Shown here piece by piece: positions 45,950 to 58,506 of a stretch of 64,000 bases of DNA (position 1 is the stretch's first letter; each line of letters opens with the position of its first letter). The notes beneath the pieces were generated by a model. It was not told where the DNA came from, did not search any database, and was given only the letters and a program-made list of their open reading frames with translations. The translations under genes and the position numbers were made by a program. The stretch comes from Candidatus Cloacimonadales bacterium (GTDB lineage Bacteria > Cloacimonadota > Cloacimonadia > Cloacimonadales > JAFGVF01): contig CAXXJV010000001.1 in the NCBI GenBank assembly GCA_963663475.2, positions 2,688,001 through 2,752,000 of the forward strand, written 5' to 3'.

Positions 45950-46112
45950 ACCCAGATAGTGTAATAGAGCTTTAGTGAAGAGTGCAGATTATTCTAGCAA
46001 AATAGCTTACAGAATTTTGACGCATATATTTTATATATTCGGAGAAATTATGGAAGCTACTTTTGCAGAAGAATATAGTGCTATTCACAAAGGTCTACTG
46101 CATTATTTGGGT
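45950..46112 (+). mobile_element. MITE copy 5 (163 bp)
   Basis: ACCCAGATAGTGTAATAGAGCTTT...GGTCTACTGCATTATTTGGGT; flanks TTA/TTA. Confidence 0.85.
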
Positions 46113-46214
46113 TTAACTATTAACTTGCAAGATTCTTAATGATAAAAGCCCTCAGCAACTTAGCATAAAGATACATTTATAAGTAACTTTCTGTTTAGTA
46201 CTCTCAACTAAAAC

Positions 46215-48209
46215 TTATTTTTTTAGTTCATGTAAGTGATAAATATCAACTCCCTTATTTTTACCTTTTACGTATTCATTGCAGATAAATTCAACTTTTG
46301 CTTTATCTTTTAGTAAGTTTAAGGTAAATTCTGATATAATAATTTTATTTTTACTAGGATACTTTTTATTAGAAGCTTCTAAACGAGCTCCTAGGTTAAT
46401 CACATCACCAATGGCAGTATAATCAAAAACCTGCTCTGAACCTAAGTTTCCCACAACTGCTACACCAGAATTAACACCAATTCCGATTTCAATTATATCC
46501 TTACCTTCCTTGGCCCATTTTGCTTGAAGCTGAGTCAACCTTTCCCTCATAACCAGAGCAGTTTTACAGGCATTATAAGCATGGTTATCATCTTGTAAAG
46601 GAGTACCATAAAGAGCCATAATTTCATCACCAACAAATTTATCAATAATCCCCTTATTTTCGATAACTATTTTAGTCATTTCAGTAAGATATTCTCGTAA
46701 CATGGCTACAGTATCTTCCATGGGGTGGGATTCTGTATAAGTAGTAAAAGAGCGGATATCAGAGAAAAGAACAGAGATTTCCTTATTGGCTCCTCCATAT
46801 TGGAGTTGTTTAGGATCTGAGATAAGCTGATTAACTAATTCAGGTGCCATGTAGTGCTGGAAGGCTGATTTAATTTCTCTTTTTGCTTTAGCTTCTTGGA
46901 TATATTTTTCTATCAAGTTATATAGATAGATAATAAAGAGAGGCATAACAAATTCTAGTTTAGGGAGTATTAAGTTTGAGTATTTTAAAAGGGAAAGAGT
47001 AAGTAGGTAATGGATAAAAAGAATGATAATTAAAATAATTAGAGATTTATAAGCATTATATTTATGGAACAAGTAACTGGTAAAAATTAGAAAAATTAAG
47101 AGTGAAATGTAAAAAAAATAATGGTTAAGATAAAATATTAAATCATCAGCTAAGAGAGAGTCTAAGAAATTGGCATGTACTTCTACTCCAGGCATTATCC
47201 CGAAAGGAGTATGGAAGTTATCGTGGTGTTCTTTCAAGGTAGAACCGATTAAGACAATCTTATTGTGGAAGGCTTGTTTTTCTATAAGTTTTTCTAGGTT
47301 ACTTTTAGTTACTTCTTCAGTATCAATCCCCATATCAGTGAGTTTTTGACTTAGTTCATCATCAAGCTCGAAATCAGAAAAGAAGTCTAATTCTTCAGAT
47401 GTTAAGCTAGAGGAAAGATCTATCAAATCGATGAAAGAGTAGTAAGTTGAAGCAGGATTGATAGTATTATCCCCAGAAAAAGTTCCTGCTCTCCCCCTGT
47501 AGTTTATAGGAGTAATATAGTTTAAATAGTATGGTAGAACTTGCTCTCCACAAGTTATATTTTTTTTCTTTTTATTTACTTGTATCTGATTATTAGTATA
47601 GAGGGAAAAAGCCTTGAGAGCCAGAGAATAGATTTCTTGGTCATTTAAGGTATCCATTACTTGATATTTTCTGAGGAAGTTATCAATATCAGTGAAATTA
47701 GATACAAGCCCCAGTTTAGGCTTGGATTGCATGATACGCTTATTTGGTAGTAGTAAAAAGTGATTTTTTCCTTCTCTTTCAATCTTACAGGCGTGAATGA
47801 CATTACTGTTTGCCGATATAGCTCCTAAATCAAAATCATCTCTTTCAAGTTCTTGATTTACTAATGAGACCAAGTCTTGATTTTCCTGACCTAGTAGAGA
47901 GATTTGAGCTGTTTCAGGGAATTGGACATCAAACACAATAACCTGTCCCCCAGCTCTTTGGATATTTTCGATTAATTGAATATAAAGGGATCTAGGAAGA
48001 GGCCATTGCATATTTAGAGTACGCATTGTTTCTTCATCAATAGCAACAATTGCTACTTTCTCACTAGTAGAAATATGACCTCTTTGTTGCATAAAGAGGT
48101 CATATAATTTCGCTTCTAGTTGGAGAAATATATTAGTAAAAGAGCTTAGAAAGGTAAATAAAAATACAATTAAGGCTACAATTACAAATTTATATCTCTT
48201 TAAAAACAT
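46215..48209 (-). CDS. CHASE2-domain class III adenylate/guanylate cyclase
   Basis: IVAIDE...WP.PR, TPFG.MPGVEVHAN, FSDIRSFT, DKFVGDEIMA, DYTAIGD..NL.ARLE. Confidence 0.93.
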   Translation of the reverse strand: MFLKRYKFVIVALIVFLFTFLSSFTNIFLQLEAKLYDLFMQQRGHISTSEKVAIVAIDEETMRTLNMQWPLPRSLYIQLIENIQRAGGQVIVFDVQFPETAQISLLGQENQDLVSLVNQELERDDFDLGAISANSNVIHACKIEREGKNHFLLLPNKRIMQSKPKLGLVSNFTDIDNFLRKYQVMDTLNDQEIYSLALKAFSLYTNNQIQVNKKKKNITCGEQVLPYYLNYITPINYRGRAGTFSGDNTINPASTYYSFIDLIDLSSSLTSEELDFFSDFELDDELSQKLTDMGIDTEEVTKSNLEKLIEKQAFHNKIVLIGSTLKEHHDNFHTPFGIMPGVEVHANFLDSLLADDLIFYLNHYFFYISLLIFLIFTSYLFHKYNAYKSLIILIIILFIHYLLTLSLLKYSNLILPKLEFVMPLFIIYLYNLIEKYIQEAKAKREIKSAFQHYMAPELVNQLISDPKQLQYGGANKEISVLFSDIRSFTTYTESHPMEDTVAMLREYLTEMTKIVIENKGIIDKFVGDEIMALYGTPLQDDNHAYNACKTALVMRERLTQLQAKWAKEGKDIIEIGIGVNSGVAVVGNLGSEQVFDYTAIGDVINLGARLEASNKKYPSKNKIIISEFTLNLLKDKAKVEFICNEYVKGKNKGVDIYHLHELKK

Positions 48210-48211
48210 AT

Positions 48212-50644
48212 TTAGAATTTCTGTACTATATTAAAATACCAGTTAACAGAAGAATAATCAGATTGATTAGCTTGATAGTCTCTATCTTTCAAGCTTATGC
48301 TAGAAGTTAAAGAAGTAAGCCTGAATGGATAATAGCTAAGTCCAAAGGATGTAGCTTGGTAAGAATTATCGGCATCACTATCCTTAATGTTTTCATTATT
48401 GCTAAATCTAAAATCAAAAAATGGGACAAGTTTTAGATAATCAATATCATATTCAAGTTTTAACCGCATTGAAGACCTATTCCATTCTTCTTCTTGATAG
48501 TAGAATTGATCTTCTTTAGCACTAGTAACACCAGCAACATGACCTGTAGATTTAGTAAAGCTATAGGAGATTTGGGTTTTAAGAGGAATAGCTGTCATTT
48601 TGGAAATATACCTTAAGTAGTAGCTATCATTCTCAAACTCATACATGTCTCTTAAATCATCTTCATCTACACTGTTTTGATAATCAAAGTCAAGACTAAA
48701 GGGTAGATATGGAACTTTATCAAATGTATAACCAATACCTGCACCATAGGCAAAACTTCTATATTCTTGGGCTTCATCAATCACAGCTAATGGATCATCT
48801 TCATTAATATCAAAAACATCATTGTTTTCGATACTTGTTCTTCCCTTAGTAAAGTTTGCTCTTAAGACTGGTAATTTCTCTTTTCTGAAAACTGAATTAA
48901 CTTGATAATTACTATGAACATTTGTTGTTGCTAGATTTTCAGAAATATTATCACTTACTCTATTATATGAGAAGTCAACAAATACTGTATTATGGAAGTT
49001 TATATTATCTGCAAAAGTAAGTTCATGGGTATCTGTATTAACATTCTTAGCAGACAATGAATTAAAAGAAGAGCCTACTCGTGAGTAGTTAATGGAAAAT
49101 AAATTTCCTGCAATGTATAAACTAGAATATACCTTATAAGCCATGTTTGAAGAAGTCAAACTAAGTGGTTCAGTATTCTTGTTGATAATAAAAAATCCAT
49201 CAATAGATTGGGGGTCAAAGGGTAAGTCTCCTCCCACATCATTTTCCAGTTCATCTTCAGAGATAGCACCATCAATAATATTTGAATTATAGGCACTAAT
49301 AGCAAATTCAGCCCCAAAATTAAATAACTTGCGAGGTGATGATAATTTAACATCAGAAGAAAAAACTAGATTATCAACTGGATTTATTATTTGCTTATCT
49401 TGCTGGTCCTCTTTAGTATCAGTCTGCGCTATATAATAGTCTGAATAATCTAATGACGCTATTTTATCCTTATTCTTGGCTAGATTTAAGCCAAATTGAA
49501 AAGCATTTTGATTACCTAGAGCTAGTCTTACAGCCCCTGATTCCCTTTTGAATGTTCCAGGTATATACTGTCCACTGTCTTCTTTAGTAGAAATTGAACG
49601 GGCACTAGTTCCCCAATAACTTTCTAGTAAGAAATATTTGAAATGTAACTTACTACCAAAACCTCTGATATTGGCAGAATTTAAAGTAAATTCAGAGATA
49701 TAAGGACTCTTATCCCCCAGATAAATATCGAAATGTGGTACTTGAACATCAAAAGAGTATCTGTTAACAGATTGCCTATCAGAATTCTCTAAAGAAGATA
49801 AATAGATTCTGGAATTAACTCTACTATAAGAGTTATTTCCACTTACAGTAAATATTGCTGAATGGTTATTAGATGATGATTCAGAAGACCTGTCATTAGA
49901 ATCTTCATAGGAGAAGCTATTAGTATTTCCTTTATAATTAATATTTCCCCGTAGATTATAAGGGAGCTCATAAGTAAACATCTTCTGTTTAACCGAAACT
50001 TTCAATAGGCCTGAATCAAGATTTTGACCTGATAATTTCTTGCCAGTAATACGGAAATTAAAAGATTCCTTGATGTCTTCCACCTTATAAACTAGTAAAG
50101 TAGGAGTAACAATAAGATTATTGGTTTGGTCTTTCCCATTAATATACAAGTTTATCGAGTCATAATCAATCTCATCTTTTAAGCTAAAAAGAGAAACTGA
50201 AAGTGAGAAATCACTATCTTGTTCAACATCTTCTAAATCATTGAGAACAACAAAATCACTAACAATTTCTTCCCTAATAACCTGAACCAATATTGGACTC
50301 AGAGTTGCCTGTTGACTAGGATAAGTCACAACTTGATTATCAATTGTTTTAACTTCTATATAGTATTCTAAACCTCTAGCATATTGAGATATTGAGATTG
50401 GAACTTGATAATCACCATTCCGACCAGATTGAGGATCTACAGTAACAATTTCATAAGCTACTTCTCCTCTTTCCCGATAATAAACAAGAAAGTCTGTAAC
50501 TTCCTGCCAATTACCATCTAAAAAAATATCTAGCGTTAAAATAGAATCTTTATAAGCAACATAAGGCTGATTATGTTCAATAATTATCTCAGAATATAAC
50601 GTTATACTTAATACATATAATAAGAAAAATATAATTTTTTTCAT
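48212..50644 (-). CDS. putative outer-membrane beta-barrel protein with N-terminal Ig-like domains
   Basis: signal peptide; amphipathic beta strands; terminal F. Confidence 0.6.
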   Translation of the reverse strand: MKKIIFFLLYVLSITLYSEIIIEHNQPYVAYKDSILTLDIFLDGNWQEVTDFLVYYRERGEVAYEIVTVDPQSGRNGDYQVPISISQYARGLEYYIEVKTIDNQVVTYPSQQATLSPILVQVIREEIVSDFVVLNDLEDVEQDSDFSLSVSLFSLKDEIDYDSINLYINGKDQTNNLIVTPTLLVYKVEDIKESFNFRITGKKLSGQNLDSGLLKVSVKQKMFTYELPYNLRGNINYKGNTNSFSYEDSNDRSSESSSNNHSAIFTVSGNNSYSRVNSRIYLSSLENSDRQSVNRYSFDVQVPHFDIYLGDKSPYISEFTLNSANIRGFGSKLHFKYFLLESYWGTSARSISTKEDSGQYIPGTFKRESGAVRLALGNQNAFQFGLNLAKNKDKIASLDYSDYYIAQTDTKEDQQDKQIINPVDNLVFSSDVKLSSPRKLFNFGAEFAISAYNSNIIDGAISEDELENDVGGDLPFDPQSIDGFFIINKNTEPLSLTSSNMAYKVYSSLYIAGNLFSINYSRVGSSFNSLSAKNVNTDTHELTFADNINFHNTVFVDFSYNRVSDNISENLATTNVHSNYQVNSVFRKEKLPVLRANFTKGRTSIENNDVFDINEDDPLAVIDEAQEYRSFAYGAGIGYTFDKVPYLPFSLDFDYQNSVDEDDLRDMYEFENDSYYLRYISKMTAIPLKTQISYSFTKSTGHVAGVTSAKEDQFYYQEEEWNRSSMRLKLEYDIDYLKLVPFFDFRFSNNENIKDSDADNSYQATSFGLSYYPFRLTSLTSSISLKDRDYQANQSDYSSVNWYFNIVQKF

Positions 50645-50654
50645 TTTCTACCTC

Positions 50655-52079
50655 CTAATACTCTAAGATTATTGTCTTTATTGAACCATCATCATTCTCA
50701 AAGTAGATTTTCATTGTATTATCATACTCGGTAGATTCTAACTCTTCTTCAACCTCAGTTGGAACTTCTTCAGTCTCATATCTTTCCACTTGACCATCTT
50801 CAGTCGAGCTTACAGTATTTCCCTTAGTAACAAGACTTTTCTCTTTAGATTTCTTGTTTTCTACTTCTACCTTACCAGAAAATCCGATAACTTTAGTAAT
50901 ACCATCTTTTAATTCAACTAAGAATTCAGTACCTCTGACTGATGCTATTGTTGAAGTTGTTGAAACAGAGTATTTACCAGCTATTTTATTGTTCACTGTT
51001 GATAGAATTGAGCCACCTTTTAACTCTAATTCTTTGTTCAAAAGCTCATTATCTTCTTCTGCACTAATCAAAACTTCACTATTGGAAAAGACTCTTATTT
51101 TACTTGAGTTATCTACCATTTTAATCAAGGCTAAAGACTTATCATTAGTACGAATTCTATCTCTATTTTGTAAAAGCGTACCAACAGAACATTCAAGGGT
51201 TTCCTGACCTCTGACCAAAGTTAAATTTCCTTTGATTTTTAAAACCACAGCAATAGGAGTGTCGTCATTGGGAGCTGGTCCTCTTAAGCTTTTAGGACTA
51301 AGATCAGCAGCTTCTTTCTTTTCAACTTCAACAAGTGGTTTTTCAGGACTACTTTCTTTGTCTTTAGAATATGGGGTAGCAAAAGAAGAATAACTTTGTT
51401 CCATATGACTAGATACTATAGGACTTAATACATGTTTTAACTTTTCTATATCTTCTTTAGACTGAACCTTTAAATCTGAAATAGGTCCAATAACAATACT
51501 ACGACCACCACTTTCCTGCCTACCTTGCTCCTGTTTTTTTTCTGGAAATGCTTTTTCAATAATCTGGCCATCATCTGAAGATATCAATGATTGATTAGCT
51601 GATAAACTATGAGTCTTTCCAGATATCTTATTCAACACATCTACATTACCTTCAATTACACTTACTTGGGTTCCTTCTCCAGTAACAGCTACTTCGAAAT
51701 TAGTACCTCTTACCGACGCCACAGTAGAATTAGTCTCTACTATATATGAACCACTTATTTTATCCTTTAAATCATTAAGAATCTTTCCAGCCTTTAAGCT
51801 TACTGTCGTATTCAAACTATCTACTGATTTTATAGTAATGGATGAATTAGGAAAAACTCTTAAAGAAGCATTTGTATATTTATAAAATATTAAGGCATAT
51901 GAATCGTTCCCAGAATTAATACTGCTATTATTTTCTAGTGAATCACCTGCCTTGTAACTCACTTCTACAGAATCAACAAGTGAATATATGTTTCCTTGAA
52001 TCTTTGTAAAGACAGCTATTTCCTCTGCCATTGCGAAACTAGTTACTAGGATTAGTAATAAAATTAGAGCTCTTTTCAT
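50655..52079 (-). CDS. protein with two FecR-like domains
   Basis: ASVRGT.F.V...V.EG.V motif twice. Confidence 0.85.
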   Translation of the reverse strand: MKRALILLLILVTSFAMAEEIAVFTKIQGNIYSLVDSVEVSYKAGDSLENNSSINSGNDSYALIFYKYTNASLRVFPNSSITIKSVDSLNTTVSLKAGKILNDLKDKISGSYIVETNSTVASVRGTNFEVAVTGEGTQVSVIEGNVDVLNKISGKTHSLSANQSLISSDDGQIIEKAFPEKKQEQGRQESGGRSIVIGPISDLKVQSKEDIEKLKHVLSPIVSSHMEQSYSSFATPYSKDKESSPEKPLVEVEKKEAADLSPKSLRGPAPNDDTPIAVVLKIKGNLTLVRGQETLECSVGTLLQNRDRIRTNDKSLALIKMVDNSSKIRVFSNSEVLISAEEDNELLNKELELKGGSILSTVNNKIAGKYSVSTTSTIASVRGTEFLVELKDGITKVIGFSGKVEVENKKSKEKSLVTKGNTVSSTEDGQVERYETEEVPTEVEEELESTEYDNTMKIYFENDDGSIKTIILEY

Positions 52080-52089
52080 TATCTCCTCC

Positions 52090-53211
52090 TTACTCTACAC
52101 TTACTTCGATTTCATAGGTTGAGAAAAGCTCTCTTATTCTATCAACAGCCTCTTTACCATAGACAGTCTTACCATTAATCTGAATCCCATCTTTAGGAAG
52201 ATAACCAGCATTTAATAGTACGTTTATTTCAGCAATATTCAAGTTGAGTAAGTTGCTCTCCAATTGTTCTTGGAAAGCATTAGGAACCTTTTCTGAAGGA
52301 GCACAAGTAAATTGGAAAACATTATAAGAACTTGCTATGTATTGGTCATGACCTGCTTGGTTTAGACTTTCCTCTCCTATATATTTTACCTTCACACGCC
52401 ATGCATAAAATTTGTTTTCTTGAAAATTATATGTTGGATTATATACAGACATATTATTTACCCATTCTTCTTCTACAAGTCTTCCATTATACTCTATATT
52501 TGAAGGATCAAGTTCATATTCTTGATCAAATTCTTTTATCTCAACTACATAAGAATTATTAAATCCTGAAGTATTCCAATTAAAGATAATGGGTTTGGAA
52601 ATTAATGGAATATTAGTAGCACCTACTACATGTCCAGGAGATATTAGCCTAACTGATTGAATTCCTCTAACAGCAAAAGAAACTACTGTAGATGCCCCTT
52701 GATATAGTGAATTGTCTGGTACAATCTCAATTTCTATCCTATATTGTCCATCAGGAAAACGACCTGTTTCTAAAAGGAAATCTTCAAACTGAGAATTATT
52801 TTCCATAACATCATCAAAAGAGAAATCACTTTCTGCTTCAAAAAATCTGTTGCTTTCAGATGTGATAAGATCCCTGTTAGTAACATTGAAACTTGAGTTA
52901 AACTGGTTAGCAGGACTAAAGCCATCTATAGGTCTAAGACTAGTACCAGTTAATAGATTACCATTCCAAAAGAGATCAATGTTTACATCATATTCAGCCT
53001 GATCACTAGCATCATTGTCTGCCTGGGGTGGAATGGAAATATTAAGATTGAATAAAATTGGTTGCGAATAAGGTTGAGAAGGATCAAAGTAAGATACCTT
53101 CAGTATATTAAGAGTTGACTGACTTGTTGATCCAGATACCATATAGGTATTATTAGCAAATATACTTGCTGTTACAAGTAAAAATAAGAGAAAAACTATT
53201 GTTTTCTTCAT
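52090..53211 (-). CDS. exported hypothetical protein with Ig/Fn3-like domain
   Basis: signal peptide; LISP...F.W...Y.WRV. Confidence 0.6.
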   Translation of the reverse strand: MKKTIVFLLFLLVTASIFANNTYMVSGSTSQSTLNILKVSYFDPSQPYSQPILFNLNISIPPQADNDASDQAEYDVNIDLFWNGNLLTGTSLRPIDGFSPANQFNSSFNVTNRDLITSESNRFFEAESDFSFDDVMENNSQFEDFLLETGRFPDGQYRIEIEIVPDNSLYQGASTVVSFAVRGIQSVRLISPGHVVGATNIPLISKPIIFNWNTSGFNNSYVVEIKEFDQEYELDPSNIEYNGRLVEEEWVNNMSVYNPTYNFQENKFYAWRVKVKYIGEESLNQAGHDQYIASSYNVFQFTCAPSEKVPNAFQEQLESNLLNLNIAEINVLLNAGYLPKDGIQINGKTVYGKEAVDRIRELFSTYEIEVSVE

Positions 53212-54131
53212 AACTCCTCCTTAGAAAGAGATAAATCAATTATGTTAAGTAAAAGTGTTTCAAAATTAATTCCTTTAGCTTTAACAGCCATAGGGGTAAG
53301 ACTTAACGAAGTCATTCCAGGAAGAGTATTAATCTCAAGAAAATAAAAATCTTTTCCATCATATCTAAAATCTACTCGTCCATATACTTTGCCAGAAATT
53401 CTCTTAAAGAGATTATAAGCCATTAATTGAACTTTGCTAGATTTATCTTGAGGAATCTCTGCTGGACATATATATTCTGTGGAACCTTTAGTATATTTAT
53501 TTTGGTAATCATACCAACCTTTTTTAGGTCTTACTTCAATAACGGGATAAGTTTTATCACCTAGGATAGTCACAGTTAATTCTTTACCTGGGATAAACTC
53601 TTCAATCAAGACTTTATCATCATGTTTAAAAGCATCTTTTAGAGCTGAGGGTAAGTCTTTTGCATCTTCAACTTTGGAAATACCTAAAGAAGAGCCTCCA
53701 TTATTAGGTTTAACAATATAAGGAGGGGGAAAATCAAGATTTATATTAGTAAGAGAGCTTGCTTTCTCAACAATAATAGCTTTAGGAGTTTTGATTCCAA
53801 TATCCTTAGCAATCAGTTTGTTAAGATATTTATCCATAGCTATTTTACACGCTAATGAACCTGAGCCAGTAAAGGGTAGCTTAGCGAGTTCGAAGAGAGC
53901 TTGCATATTACCGTTTTCACCATCTCCCCCATGAAGTCCATTAAAAACAATATCAGCATTATACTGACGGATTGCTTGTAAGAAATCTTCTACAGTTGGA
54001 AAATTACAAGGGTCAATTTTTATACATTCACAATTGGCATTTTGTAAGGCCTTGTAAATTTCATTAGCACTATTTAGAGATACCTCTCTCTCATTAGAGA
54101 ATCCACCTTCAATAATTACGATTCTTTTCAT
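53208..54131 (-). CDS. ddl: D-alanine--D-alanine ligase
   Basis: GG.S.EREVSL.S, LHGGDGENG, GSS.G, EINTLPGMT..SL.P. Confidence 0.95.
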   Translation of the reverse strand: MKRIVIIEGGFSNEREVSLNSANEIYKALQNANCECIKIDPCNFPTVEDFLQAIRQYNADIVFNGLHGGDGENGNMQALFELAKLPFTGSGSLACKIAMDKYLNKLIAKDIGIKTPKAIIVEKASSLTNINLDFPPPYIVKPNNGGSSLGISKVEDAKDLPSALKDAFKHDDKVLIEEFIPGKELTVTILGDKTYPVIEVRPKKGWYDYQNKYTKGSTEYICPAEIPQDKSSKVQLMAYNLFKRISGKVYGRVDFRYDGKDFYFLEINTLPGMTSLSLTPMAVKAKGINFETLLLNIIDLSLSKEEL

Positions 54132-54199
54132 ATATCCTCTTCTCTCATTATACTTTTCTATTAAACAAATTATAGAGAGATTATAAAAATAGTCAATAT

Positions 54200-55135
54200 T
54201 TAAAGTTCAATTCTATAAAATACTTTTAGGTCAGCTCCTAATGAGGCTTTGAATCTTGCTATACTATCTGTATTTGCACCACATAAATCGAAGATTTTGA
54301 AGTCACTTTTCAGATAAAGACAAATTTGGTGGATAATGAGAGTTGATAGACCATTAGATAGTTCCTTTAGGTCAGTAGAAGCTAACCAAGCATAGGCAAT
54401 TTTATTCTTGTAATCAAGAATGCAGAACATAGTTGAGACTATTCTTTGCTGACTATCTAATATATTAAATTGTTTAACATACATTAAATCTGTTAATTTT
54501 GTTAAGAAGTCATGTAAGACTTTTTCATCTATATCAAAGTTCCAGTCTTGTCTCTGTTTTGTTCCTTGAAGCAGTTTTAAGTAGCTAGGAATATCAGTAT
54601 GTTGGGAGAAAGTATAAGGAAGTCTTTCAGCTTTTCTGAGAGAAGCTCTTTGTCGTTTAAAATAATTATCAATAGAGTAATTTTCAAGGTCAAAAGTATA
54701 AGTATAGAGTGTTTTAGAGCTTAATCCAGACCAGAGAAAGCCTCTAATATCAGAGGTTAAAGGAGAGAGATTTTTACTTATTTTGAAATAATATTTGTGG
54801 TAGTATTCTGATATTTTCTGATAAATTTCCAGTTTTTGGAGCTGGTTCTCATTTGGATACTTTCTTTGAGGAAGAAAAGTTTCAATAGGCTGATAATAGA
54901 CTATTCTAGGATTAATAATTGAAGGTATTCCTAGTATTTTTTTTTCAAAAGAACCTGTTATTGCTAGGAGTTGATTATTAGTTAGATTTCTAACAGTCAA
55001 GTACTTAGCTTCTAGTTTAAAATACTCATTTAGTAATGATAAAAAATCAGGATAGAGATAAACATTAGTAATCAGCTGTGAATCTGCTAACTCTGAGATT
55101 TTGCAAGACTTTACTATTAGCTCCATCTTATCCAA
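54200..55135 (-). CDS. GNAT/FemAB-like acyltransferase
   Basis: FDLCGAN..SIARFK.SLGA. Confidence 0.7.
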   Translation of the reverse strand: MDKMELIVKSCKISELADSQLITNVYLYPDFLSLLNEYFKLEAKYLTVRNLTNNQLLAITGSFEKKILGIPSIINPRIVYYQPIETFLPQRKYPNENQLQKLEIYQKISEYYHKYYFKISKNLSPLTSDIRGFLWSGLSSKTLYTYTFDLENYSIDNYFKRQRASLRKAERLPYTFSQHTDIPSYLKLLQGTKQRQDWNFDIDEKVLHDFLTKLTDLMYVKQFNILDSQQRIVSTMFCILDYKNKIAYAWLASTDLKELSNGLSTLIIHQICLYLKSDFKIFDLCGANTDSIARFKASLGADLKVFYRIEL

Positions 55136-55487
55136 TTAATTTGCGAGCAACCTCTAACAACTCTTTCATTCTAAATGGTTTTATAATATATTCAAATACA
55201 CCATCTACCATGGCTTTATAAGCGCTATCAACAGTAGGGTATCCTGTCATAATGACTATTTTAAGATTTGGATCTTTAGAAAGGAGTGATTCCATTAATT
55301 CAATTCCTCCAATATCAGGCATAACAAGGTCAATAATAGCTAAGGAATATTGGCCAGGTTTAAAACTTTCAATTGTCTCGAGGGCGGAATTAGGTATTTC
55401 AACGTCAAAGCCATTTTTGGTTAAATATTGGCCTACAACATCACGCAACAATTGATCATCATCAACTATTAATATTTTTTTACTCAT
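55128..55487 (-). CDS. single-domain response regulator
   Basis: ILIVDDD, DLVMP, TGY, KPF. Confidence 0.92.
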   Translation of the reverse strand: MSKKILIVDDDQLLRDVVGQYLTKNGFDVEIPNSALETIESFKPGQYSLAIIDLVMPDIGGIELMESLLSKDPNLKIVIMTGYPTVDSAYKAMVDGVFEYIIKPFRMKELLEVARKLIG

Positions 55488-55566
55488 ATTCTCTCCAATT
55501 ATATGAACTTAATCTAGGTATAAATTAATTCTCTTAGCACGATTTGTCAAGATTTTATATTTTTAC

Positions 55567-56485
55567 TTATTCAAAATCTAGCTTTAGAATAAGAGGTCTA
55601 TGGTCTGAAATTGTAGTAAAATAATTACTTATCAGCTTATCATACTTGATAGTATAACAGGTTGAAAGTGGCTTACCAAAGCTGGGAAAAAGATTTTGAT
55701 TAATGATAATATGATCTAGATGAGATGGCCAGTTAGGATAAGAAAAATCACTTGTATTCAGAGACATATCATAATCTGCAAAGATGAAGTTATCATCATC
55801 AAGAAAAGATGTGAAGACGTTTGTTGAAACATCTTCATGGAACTGGTCATTAAAATCACCAACTAAGATAACATTTTCATCATTAAAATTTTCAAGAATA
55901 TAGTTATGTAGTTGATTCAAAGCTTCCAACCTTCTAACCTCTTCATCCCAGTCATCCCAGTAGTCAATTTCATTATCTCCACCAGCTTTAAGATGGTTAT
56001 TAATAACAATAAAATCTATATTTTTCCAAGTTATATCTAGTATATAAGGTTCTCGAGGAAAGAGTCTGCTATCTTGTCTAAAAATTTCATAAGCATTATT
56101 GATAGTAAGTCTATCCTTGTGGTAGATATAGCCAAGAATTGGATTATAGTAAGAATCTTCATCATTAGGATCATAGATGTAATTTTCAGAAGCTATAACA
56201 TCATAATCATTGAGCATAAGTCCTAATTGTTGAAAGTCATTAGTATTAGTAATTTCCTGGACTGCAATTAAATCAGCATTTAGGAGGGGAATTTGGTACT
56301 GAAGTTCATTAATAGTGTTGAGATCATCAAGAGGGAATTCTTTCAGGTTCCAGGTTACGAAGGAAACAACGTTTTCATTATATTCACTAACAATTGTATT
56401 ATTAGTAATGGCATTATCAGTACCACAGCTAAGGATGACTAAAGTTGCCATTATAAAAATGACAACTTTAATCAACAAGATATTC

Positions 56486-56499
<14 letters not shown>
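55567..56499 (-). CDS. endonuclease/exonuclease/phosphatase-family lipoprotein
   Basis: TWNL, VQEI, HLKA, GDFND, LDHI, SDHRP. Confidence 0.88.
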
Positions 56500-58378
<1,879 letters not shown>

Positions 58379-58450
58379 AAAGTTCTCCTACTTTATAATA
58401 TTTTTTTATAATCCAATTTGTTTTCAACCACTTACTTGTCAATACTAAAT

Positions 58451-58491
58451 CTTAGCTCCCCAGCAAATATTTAGATTGCTAAGGAGCTAAG
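58451..58491. terminator. hairpin/terminator downstream of the metallophosphoesterase gene
   Basis: CTTAGCTCC...GGAGCTAAG stem. Confidence 0.55.
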
Positions 58492-58506
58492 TTTGAAATA
58501 GTGTTT

